Assembly: GCA_051362555.1 (NCBI GenBank)
Contig: CM120640.1
Location: 21,638,001-21,702,000 of the forward strand
Origin: Lingula anatina
Lineage: Eukaryota > Animalia > Brachiopoda
Length of the DNA stretch: 64,000 nt
Reading direction: 5' to 3'
Under the pieces are notes generated by a model. The model saw only the letters and a program-made list of their open reading frames with translations. It did no database searches and was not told the origin of the DNA. The position numbers and the translations under genes are program-made. This document shows, in pieces, positions 13,601-25,600 of this stretch; positions within the stretch are counted from its first letter, which is position 1; every line of letters begins with the position of its first letter.

Positions 13601-16600
13601 GTAAACCACTTTTTGATGTAATTTGAGCATGCTGCAAAAAGCCCTGAAAAAAATGTATATCATTGTGATGAAGCATATATTAGTGTTCTTACAAATGGTG
13701 GCATGCCTTTGGACATGACTCTTTGCATTAACAGAATGCCGCCAAGCAAGACCAGTTTTTATGACAAGTTTTATATGTGTGTCCACCCCTATATTTGTGT
13801 GACCTGTAGTCACCCGAAGACACCTGTAGTGACCTGTAGACATGACTTGTGTGATAGACAGTGATTTGCATGTAAGCTTGTGATATGAGTGATAATGTGG
13901 TCAGTTTGTAAAGTAGACCAATTCATCAAGAGACACTGTGGACTGTGCTTGTAGAACATGAAGTTTTGTATGCAGTTTCCATGCTTGTCATTCTATCAAC
14001 ATTCTGGTATCATTTCTTAAATGTTATAGTTGGAGGTCATGTTTGAAAAGGAGTTTAGAAAATCAGAAAAACTTTCACAAATTGTATGGCTGTTGGTTTA
14101 CTGCAGTTAAACATAAGTGAAATTATTCCATTAATGGTTTATTTGGAAGGAAATGTTTTGATATTGGGTATTAAAACCAAAGTTATGTTGTTGTCAATTG
14201 TTCCACCAGTCTGAGCACTGACAGTTCTCATTGTTGGTTGTTGTTGTTGTTATCATTGTTGTTGTTGCTTTTATTATTATTATTATTATTATTATTAATT
14301 TGTATTATTACAGAGCCTGATGACAGACCTAGAAATTCGTGAGCTTCAATTCAATGCTGTACAGGATAAGGGAGAAGCCCTGGTGATGGAGAGACACCCT
14401 GCCTCCAAAACTATTGAAGTAAGAGATTTGTACTATTTACAAAGATTTGTGTAAATGACATTATGCAATTTGGTCATTTATATGTCTGCCCATCTGACAG
14501 TTTTCTGTTTTACATAAACTGGCTCAAATAGTTGTGAAGAGCTTCAAGAGATTTTACCTGTGATTTCTATATTTCTATAGATTCATATAACTTTGTGATT
14601 TCAAGTATTAATAAGGCATTGTGTTCTCTCTCCTGTTTTAGGCCCACATGAGTGCAATGCAGACCCAGTGGTCCTGGTTGCTACAGCTGACCCTATGTCT
14701 GGAGACCCATCTCAAACATGCCACTGCCTACTACCAGGTGAGAGAATGTTTTAGGTGTTTCTCACTCAGATCTGTTAGTCAGAGATTGCTGGACATTTCA
14801 AGTTTGACTAGAAACACCCCATGTAGCAGAAAATGTTTTGAAATAAAAACAGCAAAAACATGCACATGCCAACTTTTCCTGGTTTAATTTTATCACCTCA
14901 TGATGTGATTTGCTTTTCTCAGTTTTTCGAGGATGCCCAGCACTGCGAAGAGTGGATGAATCGTCAGACCGACCTTCTCAACTCCCACTATGACAGAGCA
15001 GAGGTCAGTGTGGAGGATGGGGAGAAACTCCTTAGAGAAACAAAGGTCAGTCAAAAAAAATTGTGTTGTAGTATGTAGAACTAACAAAAATCTGAAATCT
15101 TAGTATGTACTCACCAGGGTTGGCATCATGCACTGTTATGTGGTTCTTAGTTAATCACTTGGTCTGTAGTAGTGTGTGTCACTTCACTTATAAAAGGATA
15201 GCACTATGTCTGCATTAGCTATAGACGCAATTAAGACTGGCGATTCAGTGGCAATTATGATAATGAGGTTTTTATTGACATCATGTAGCTGGGCAGGAGT
15301 GAAATTTCGGGGCTCATTTGTGGGTGATTTGAAGATGGGTGTAGCATTTTAACAATGACAGAATCTAGGTTTTGGGAATTTATAACATTGTTTGGCATGT
15401 TTCTTTGGTTGTAGGATATGAAGGATCTGCTTGATGAATATCAACAGAGAATTGAGGCTCTTGTGGCCAGAAGCAGAGACATTCTGCCCTTGAAAATGAG
15501 GCGTGAGAGGCTCATCTCACCTATCCCTGTCAAGGCCATTTGCACCTACAAGCAACTCAATGTAAGCAGAACATTTGGAGTTAATAAAAGCAAAAGAGCT
15601 ACAAAGTCATGCAATATTCAGTAAATGAATTTCTTTTATATTTGTCAGATTCTTATATAAAGTTATACACAGTTAAAAAATCATTTTCAGATGAGTATCT
15701 CTAAAGATGAAGAATGCATGCTGTTTGATAATGGACAGATAACCAAGTGGAGAGTAAGTGCAGTCCTTACCATTCATTTTTCCAGATTTTTTTAAATGTA
15801 AAAGCATATAGAAACTAAAATAAGTGCTGAAGTTTGAATATGTTGTTTTAAAGTTAATATATTGTCCTTTTGAGAGAGTATAAAGAGGACTGCAGTAGAT
15901 GCTTTGGTATTTCTTGTAGGTTGCCAACTCCTATGGCCGTGAAGGCAGTGTTCCTGCTGTGTGTTTTCTCATACCACCACCTAATAAAGAGGCCATGGCA
16001 ACTGCTGAGAGGTAAGATATATTTTCTTAATTTTTTTTACTCCGGTTACTCCAAAAAAGATGTGGACTTGTTTAAAGCACAACTATTCATAAAGAATCTA
16101 AAGATGCACCATCTTCATTTGTGTCACCACGAGGGAGATTTGAAGACACCAGTTGCAATCTGAATGTCTATATTTCCCTTTTAATATTAATTCCAGGCTG
16201 AGAAGCCAGTTTGAACATCTACAAACCTTGTGGAATGCCAAACAGAGGAAGCTGAGGAGGAAGATGGTATTTGCCACCATTAGAGTAGTCAAGACTTGGG
16301 ACCTAGAACAGGTAACAAAGAATTAAGTCTGTATTGTAAATAATGAGATTATAAATTGATAAAATAAGTGTTATTTTCAGGTGCACAGTAAAAACAAAAA
16401 TTATTCCATTTGTCATGGAAAACAAACACTGAAATCAGCTGCATTTTATTGTCGCCATATTTGGCCAAAACATTTCATCAAAGTCCGTGTGTATAGTTCC
16501 AGAGACTTGGCCCAGCACAGAGAGAGACCATCCTGAAAGCTCTCAATGATGATGCAGAGATGGTACTGTCAGACAGAGATGGCACCCCAGAGCCTGAGCT

Positions 16601-19600
16601 GAGACAACTCAGAGATGAGATGAAACAATGTAACCAGATCTTTGTCCAGCTGACAAACCAGCTACAGCAAGGTAAAATTACAATTTTCTTAAAGATGAAA
16701 TGGATTTCTGTTCACATGATTACCATGTTAATGCAGTTTGTTGATAAACTCTTTGAAATATAAACATCAGCAGAATTTTGATGGAGACATTTCATAGGGT
16801 ATATTTCAAAACCTGTTTTAATTTTGGTAAGGAGAAAAAGTATATAGTTTAACTTGTTATAATTCTAAGCTTTTGATTCTATTTATCCAGAGGCTGCCAG
16901 TCTGAAGTCTCCCAGCAGGTCACTACTGGAGCAAGTTGACCAGCTTCACAGGGACTTGGACCACAAGGAACAGGTGCTCTCAGGGAGGCTCAATGACACA
17001 ATACCCAGGGAGAGAGAAAAACTGGAGCAGACTGTGGTGGAGCACAAGGTATTTATTTGTAGAGTTTTACTTAGAAGTTTTTTACGCAGGGCAATCATTT
17101 CACCTTGCAAATAAAACCCATATTGAACATTTGTGAATAAATAACTCGAGTCAAGATAAATTTAATATTTGAAAGTAAAAATATTATTTAATATCAAGTT
17201 CTTATATTTGTTATCCTAATATTGTGGTGCTGTGGAGATAACACTTACTGTTGCAGGCCTTTGAGAATGACCTCCAAGGTTATGAAGACCAGGTGGAGAT
17301 GATCCGTGGCTCTGTGCGCTCTCCTCAGGCTGCTAACCCACACATCCAGACCACTATTGGTGTAGTACTAGAGAAATGGAGTAACCTGTGGTCCATGGCA
17401 CATGTTTATGTTGAAAGGTAAAGTTTTATCAAATTTGAATTGAAGGATAGAACCAAGGTACACATTTGATGTGGATTGATAATTTAAAGAAATATCAACT
17501 GTCAGATAGCTTAGATCACAAAACTGGTAAACTTAAAAAAAAAAACAAACTTTTTTTGACTTTGAGATAGAAATCAAGTTACCCCTGGATTACAACTTTT
17601 TCCAGACTGAAATGTGTGGAGCTGACTCTGTGTAGTATGGATGAAGTGACTGGTCTGCTGACTGGGTATGAGACTCATTTGGCTTCTCAGGACAGCATGA
17701 CATCTGACGTAGGAATACTGAGACACAACAAACAGGATCTAATGGTAAGATCATCTACTGCAGTCCTATAAAAGTCATAATTAATTTGATTGAATCCCTC
17801 TTATATGACACAGACTTGATATTTAGGCATTGTGTTAAAGTGATATTTTTCCACAGCAAATATATTGAATATCAGGTTCAAGCACTATTCTTAAATGAGG
17901 TTTGTGGTATTTTTATGGGCTATGTATTTAACATAATATTGTTCAACATAAGAAACTTTAAAAAGAGATGAATTAAAGAACAGCATCTGTGGTAATTCTA
18001 GGACTTGAAGCAGGCAATGGCCAGTAAGAACATTCTTGTAAACCAGCTGGTGGAGAATGCAGCTGCCACACGGCGTATCACTGAGCGCAGCCGTCCTGGC
18101 ATGATGCAGTACCCTGATGTGGACAGGCTGGAGAAAGATGTGGACAGACTGACCACCAGATGGGAGAATGTCTGCGACCAAGTAGCACAAAGGTGAGACA
18201 TATGCTTTTCATTGTTTCTGTGAAGATTCAAAGGAAAAAGTGTAGAATAATTTTCATATGTAGCAAAGATTTTTCAGAAATTATGCTTTCATGAAAATGT
18301 GTCCATTTACAGCAGGTTTTGATGCTTACTGTGCATTGGTATTTGATGCATTAAATTGATTGAGGAAACAGTTTTCAACCTCACAGTCTTAATTTCTTTA
18401 TTTTGAGATAGTTAATATAAAATGTAACAGGTAAAATGGAGGAAAAGTTTAATCTTAAACTATTGTTAAGTCACTTGTATTGTTTTTTTTTAGAATCCAC
18501 AACACTGACACTGCCATAGAATTGTTGAGTATGTTCCAAAATGGCCTGAGTAAGGAGAATGCCTGGTTAGACCAGCAGCAAGAGGGCCTCCAGGGCCAGC
18601 CTCCACTGACAGGAGATGTGCAACATGCCAGGGACATGTTGGATGCCACTGCTGTATGTAACAGACACTGAGCAGACATTCAATAAAATTTATTTATCTT
18701 AAAGATATTTGTTACAAAATTTTAATTATGGCTGTATTTGTCTGAATGGTTTATATTGGACAACAGTTTTCAATATTTGATCTATACTGAACAAAAATAT
18801 AAACACACGAAACTAAAATAGTCATTTGAAATGGATAATCATGAAATATGCCCAGGTTGATGGTTTATTTGTGAACTGATGGATATGTTTTGATCAATTA
18901 TAGTGGTCTGGTTTCACTTGGCCGCTCCCCGTGAGTATACTCAAAGGTTCAGTTTTTACACCCATAAGACTAATGGAGCATGACGGAGTAGAGGTCAATC
19001 TGCAAGACCAATACTCGGACACTCTCTACTGTCTAGGCAATAAAAGGACACTTGTCAACATGCCACAGATGTCTGGAACCATGAGGGAGCATGCCATCAG
19101 CATGCTCAATGCTGGCTTGTCAGTAACAGAAGTTGAAGCATGCCTGAATGTGCATCATTCCACTGTCAGCCGTCTGGGAACACGCTTCAGAGACACTGGT
19201 AGCATTAGGAACCACCCTCATGCACCATGTCGCCCAACAAACACCCGTGGAATGTTCTGGATCAGAGTTTTCAGCCATCATGTCCCAGCTCTCGAAAATG
19301 TTCGCCAACTGCAAGAAGCACTCCAGGAGGAATGGGATAATATCCCTTAGGCCTCTATTGACAACTTAGTGATGTCCATGCGCCACTGGTATACTGCTCT
19401 GCACAAATTTAATGGTGTCTGTGAACTCAGGATGTTGACCCCCATGGTGTATTTGATGCCCTAATTCTTGGACTATGCATTTAAACTTCCCCTAATGCTC
19501 TCAAAGTGATGTCTATTTGTCGAGAAAAATATGCTGTTATTTTTGGCTATATACTCTAGTTCCATATATGAAAATAAATCTACTTATTCTTTTGTGCGTT

Positions 19601-22600
19601 TATATTTTTGTTCAGTATACAATTTTGAAAGATTTGAATAATTCACCAAATTGAAAATATATAAGGATGTAGTAACATTTTCTTCTAGGTTCTGTACAAT
19701 GGTTTAAGTGAAAAAAGACCACAAGTAGAAGCTGTGAATAGCTATGGAGGCCGGTACCTTCGAGAGGCAGGGGTATGTTGTAAATACTTAATAATGTGAA
19801 CTCTTAAGTCAATTACAACTTATTTAATTTTTGATTTATCTGTATGTATTTCATTGTTTATATCTTCATCTGTTGAAGATGTCATGAAGCACTGTGAGCA
19901 TTTCTGTATGCATTCCAAGTTTGCCCTTGGTGGCCATTTTGATAACCCTGAGTTGTCAAAATTATGCAAACCAATGTGGTATGAGTGCAGTATAGAGCTA
20001 TATCTGTACATTGGAAACAAGTTAGAATATGGCCTCTGATCCCACAGCCCCTGTAGCCCATTTTTCTCAATCCACATTTCATTTTTATCTCTCATTTTTG
20101 TGAGCATGGGTGGGTTATAATGGTGTTGGACTCACACATGTTTGAGGTGGCTTCTGTTTTTAACATTGGGTTTTACTTTACCACACACTTTGCTTGTATT
20201 ATTTGCCTCACACAGGGACTTTTGTTTTATTATCTTTTTTGTTTGCTTGTTTGCAACATTTTATCATTGCTTTATTTTGGATTAGTAGGTTGTTACTTCA
20301 GTATGTATACTTGAGATATATAACACATTTTACTACTTAAGTTGATTTGTTGACATACCTTAGTTTTAACATATTTGAATGATATGATTCTCTCCAAATG
20401 GTTATTGCTGTCATATACAATGATTTGCATTCAAAATGGCGGTATAAGTGAGCAGTTGAGGTAAGTTCCACCATTTTCTTGTTGTTTTGTCATATTTAAA
20501 AAAAGTATTGAATAACCAGGTTAGGCATGTGAAAACATTAACCTTATTTGTCTTGTCACAGACCATTTCAAGCACAACAAGGGATGGGCAATGAGGGATA
20601 GATATTTAATAAGTTTTTAGTAACAGTTGTATAAATATCTTAAAAAAACATTTATGCAATATATGCAAGCTTCCTATCAGAACAAGTTTCTATCTTTTCT
20701 CCACATGCATCTAGTTTCTAAGGTCATTCCTGCCCAGCTCTGTCTTCATGAGCAACTCCTGTGCCTCCCTTCTTTCTCTTATTTTTTCATGTCTCATAAC
20801 TGCATGGCTGTGGAAATGTGGAAGGCCAAGTACAACTTCCTTGCCCCATATACAGGTTGGTGAATAGATGTGTAACAAATGTGTAACATAAATATGTATT
20901 TGCATTTTGCATCATTTTTACCAAAAGGAAATTTATAAAGTATGGATGCTTTTATAATTATTATTATTGTTGCATTCTTTGAATGGATTTTTGATGTATA
21001 AAGCTTTTTTTTATTTTGATTGCATTTTTTTGCGATGCGGTATTGTGCATGTGTGGAAATGTATTAACTAATTTTTGATGTATTAAGTGCCGCTCCCCTT
21101 CCCTTTCAAACATTTACAGTAGCCACATCTCAAAAACTAGACTATGATGGTTAAGGTTAAACTCTTAATCTAGCATCCTTATTGTAAATATTAACCTAAC
21201 AACAGTTGATACCAAACGAAGTGGTACAGCAGTTTGACCATTTGGTTTTTGGCAGGGAATTTAAATCTTTCATCAGTATTGTTATTCATGGGAAAAAGTC
21301 TCATACCACTCACAGTGATTCTACAGTAGTTTCAAACACTTTTAGATATGGCTACAACAACTTTCATATTTCTGTTTTTCTCTCTTTGTCCCTTCTGCTT
21401 TAGTTTGCTTTGTGGCTTTGGTATTAATTATTGTGTACTTCTCAATTAGGTGATAGTCAGTTAATCAAGTTGATGATTAGCATGACTGATAAATTGTATT
21501 CTTAAAACTGATAATGTCAAGAGGATTTATGTGATTTGCATACTCATGCATTTTGAATGTAACATACTAATGCTGGAGGTTAGCAGAGGGATGCACTAAC
21601 ACACTGATAGTCTTACTCAGGCATACTAATGTAACTAGGAATTTGATAAAGCATACTAAAATGTGGGGCAAATGGAACACACACAAATCAACGCAAAGTA
21701 AACCCATTGTTATAAACTGGATTCCCACATGTTAAAACTACCAGGAACATTGATTTGTTCATCAGTGGACATACTTTCAGTTAACTCTTAATGATGAAGA
21801 TCTGAGGGGCTGCTCTAAAGTTTGCCCCAATTTGGTTTTTTGGAAAAACAAAAATAAATTTTTTGAAAAATAAGTTAATGTTTTGTATTTATTCTTGCAA
21901 TGAATGTCTGTCCATGTTTCCTGTGTATTTCAGTGTTAACATTGTGAAATCTAGGACCAGAAGTAACCCACCTCATGTACTCTTCCTCTTGGTTTCTCAT
22001 CCTTTAGTGTCATCTCAACAGTTTTCTCCACAAACCCTCTACTCCCCTCCCCAAACCCAACCCCAACCCCACACTATCTGATATATGGTCCATTTTAGAA
22101 CTGTGGAGAATACTGTTCCAATCCCAGTCTTCCAATCCCCCTCCCAAACTTGCACTGGTTACTTAGGCCTAATCATGAACTCCAGTTAGTAAATGAGAAG
22201 CAACCATACACCAGCCAGTCACACGTGCCTTGATTGGTAATGGTTTGAAGTTGGTCAGGAGTTCGTGCTGTATTAGGTGGTGAACATGTGCATGCTCACA
22301 CCTCATTCACTGTAAATCATGCATTTGATTGTTACAGTACATATTAGCAAAACTGGAACTTGACAAACAGTCACTGCAGCATTTGTCTTAAAAGACAAAT
22401 ATTTTATCAGAATGGAGAAATTAAAGAACTAAGGGAGAATGGTTTGATTTACAGTGGTCTTATCAGGCATTAGGTGTTGACAAGCTTACTATTTCTGCCT
22501 GTTAGCTTGCATGAGATTTTTGCATTCAACTTATGCTCACAAAATGTGATCAAATCAAAATTGGCTTTGTACAATTTGTTGTCCACAAGATCCAGTATGG

Positions 22601-25600
22601 AATGTTGAAAAAAGCTTTTATTATTGTGTTGAGTTTGCTTGTACTTTGTTTGATGGTACATTTGTTTTATGTTTTATGTGAACCTTCCATTAAATTGATC
22701 TCCTTTTTAAGCTAGTCCTTTTTTTTGTTTTAGGAATTTACAAATAAACTCAAGGCTTACAAAGAGAGCTTGGAGGAAATTCACCCCAGTCTGAATATCT
22801 ATGCAGCCAAAAAACCCAGAATTCAATCTGGAGTGAGCATAGTTGCTGGAGAGTTGGAATGTCTCAATAAGAAGTACATGGATTTGTTGAAACAAGTCAA
22901 AGATAGGATGAAGCTGCTGTGTGGGTTATTACAAGAGACTGTGGAAGTAAGCTCAAGTTTTTATATTTACACAAATTAATTAAAGTAGATCAGAAGTTTC
23001 TTCTACTGATACTGATATGTTGGCATCTAAACTGCAAATCCTAATAGTATAATTATCAGGGGACATTAAAGAACTTTTCTGTTTTACTTGATTATAGCCA
23101 AGTGTTTCGGCTGATAGTGGTCATTACTTACTTAGTCTTGATGCATGTGTAAGATTGTGCTTGTGTTACCTATAGCTACTGACTGGTATTACTGTAACCA
23201 AACTTTTGTTCAGTTTTGTAACAAAGGCAACAGCATTGAAAATGATTTTTTACACGTAAAAGTAATAAATAAGTGAAGGAAAAGAAAAAGATTCAATTTC
23301 CCTTTATTTTTAAACTTGATATGAAATGGATACAGTTCCTATAGCATCATTACTTAGTATAATCTTCTTGTGTTTCAGATAAATACTGAGGAGAAAATTA
23401 AACCAGTCAAGACAGGTGATGCGGAATCTCTAATTCAAAATCTGCAAGAAAAGCATAACCCTGGTCATAATTTAGATACCCCTGTATGTGAGTTTGTTGA
23501 TGAGCATCCAAATCACAATCTAGGGAATGCATTTGGAGCTGGACCCAATGTTGGATTTCATGGAAACACAGCTAACATGACTGGAAGCATGTATGTAGAT
23601 GAGCACCCTACTCATAGCCGGGGAAATATCCTTGGTGATGGGCCTAATATTGGATTCCATGGAAATCCTGTGTTTGAAAAACCTCAAAAATTTGGGAACA
23701 TAACTCATGATCCCAGAAGCAAGTTTGTGGATGAGCATCCTACTCATAGCAGAGGAAATATCCTTGGTGATGGGCCCAATATTGGTTTCCATGGAAATCC
23801 TGTGTTTGGAAATCCACAAAAATTTGGCATTACAACCCCTGAGCCCAGCAGGCAGTTTGTGGATGAGCATCCTACTCATAGCAGAGGAAATATCCTTGGA
23901 GATGGGCCCAACATAGGATTTCATGGAAATCCCGTTTATGGCAGTGTGCAGAAATCTGGTCACACAGATCACAAGTATGGCAGCAAGTATGTGGATGAGC
24001 ATCCCACTCATAGCAGAGGAAATATTCTTGGAGATGGGCCCAATATTGGATTCCATGGGAATCCTGTTCGTCCAACACATACTCAAGGAAATCCTGATAT
24101 GGCTGAAAAATTCTCAAACATAACCAGTATTTCTCTTGTTAGCAAAAAAGTTGGAGGAAACACACAAGGACGAGATGGGGCTAAGAGTGTGCAAACCATT
24201 ATTACACTTACAGAAGGCACTCAGTTGCCTCAAGGAATTCTCTACACCAATGCTGTATTTGATCCTCAGTCTGGCCTTAGAATGTCTCTGTCACAGGCCA
24301 TAGAAAATGGGCTCTTACAACTGAAACGTGAGGAATATGTAGATCCCAGCAATGGAAAACACCTAAAATTATCAGAAGCCTGCAATCAAGGCTATGTGGA
24401 TCAGGCCTTAGTGAAGGAGTTGTATTCACTGTGTGGTATTTCTGATCCGTACACTGGAAAAACTCTCACACTGATTGAGGCTATAAATAATGGCCTGTAT
24501 AGTCCCATCACTGGACTTATCACTGATCCCAAGACAGGTAGAGGTTTGACCATACTGGATGCTATAAAGCACAAGATCCTGACCCCAGAAGCTGCCACCA
24601 GGCTCTCACTGGTAAGCATCACCACTTCAGATATGACACAGACACAAGCATATTATGGTGTAACAAGTATGGCTGCTGCTGAAACATCTCTCTCCTTGTC
24701 TGATGCAATAGATAAGGGAGCTATTGATGCCCATACAGGTCAATTCTTTGACATCGTTTCATGTGAAAAGATGACCCTTGATGAAGCCATGAAACGAGGT
24801 CTGCTTGATGCACGAGTGATGGAAGTTGTCCACCCTTTCTCTGGACGAAAAGTCACCCTAGCTGAAGGAGTGTCTTTAGGTTTGATAGACACCATAGCTG
24901 GGAAGTATGTTGACAACAAAAATCAAAGAAAGATGAATCTTGATGATGCTCACCAGAAACAACTGATAGTGAAGCCTTTCAGTCTGCATGGTGCTTTGAT
25001 GAAAGGCATTATCAACTACCAGGGTAGGGTATACAGTCCCAGGACAGGACTGGTCATGTCGGTTGGGGAAGCAATAGAACATGGTTTGCTGGATGGCCAG
25101 TATAAGTCTCTCATTGATTGCCAGACAAATGAAGTCCTCTCATTGTCAGATGCACTGAGAAGGGGACTTATCACCAGTGAAGGAAGATTTATGAACAAGA
25201 AGACCAGGCAAACCAGTTCTATTCATGATGCTGTGAATCAGGGTCTAATCCAGGTTATAAGTGAAGATACCGTATTCGTGACAAGGGGAATAAGAGATAT
25301 GACAAGCAATGCCATGTACAGCCTGCCAGAAGCAGTGGAGAGAGGACTGATGGATCCAAATAATATGCGCTACATCAACCAGAGGACAGGGCAGACTATG
25401 TCTGTTCTAGAGGCAAGCCGCCGTGGCTACATTGATGTCAGACTGGCAGAGAGGTTACTTACATTTTCTGGTATAATTGATGTTGTTGGGAATCAGCTCA
25501 GCATAATTCGATCAACCCAGAGAGGGTTCTTTGATCCTACAATGGGACAGGTAAGAGACCCAAGTTTAGGTAGAGTCATGACCATTGAGGAAGCCACACA

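Noticed and set aside
18931-19350. 139-aa ORF as an independent gene
   Set aside because: It is a fused, frameshifted Tc1 transposase remnant inside terminal inverted repeats.
23493-24068. Repeat-spacer appearance suggesting a CRISPR-like array
   Set aside because: Repeats are ~80 nt, vary at synonymous positions and lie in frame within a eukaryotic exon; no cas genes.
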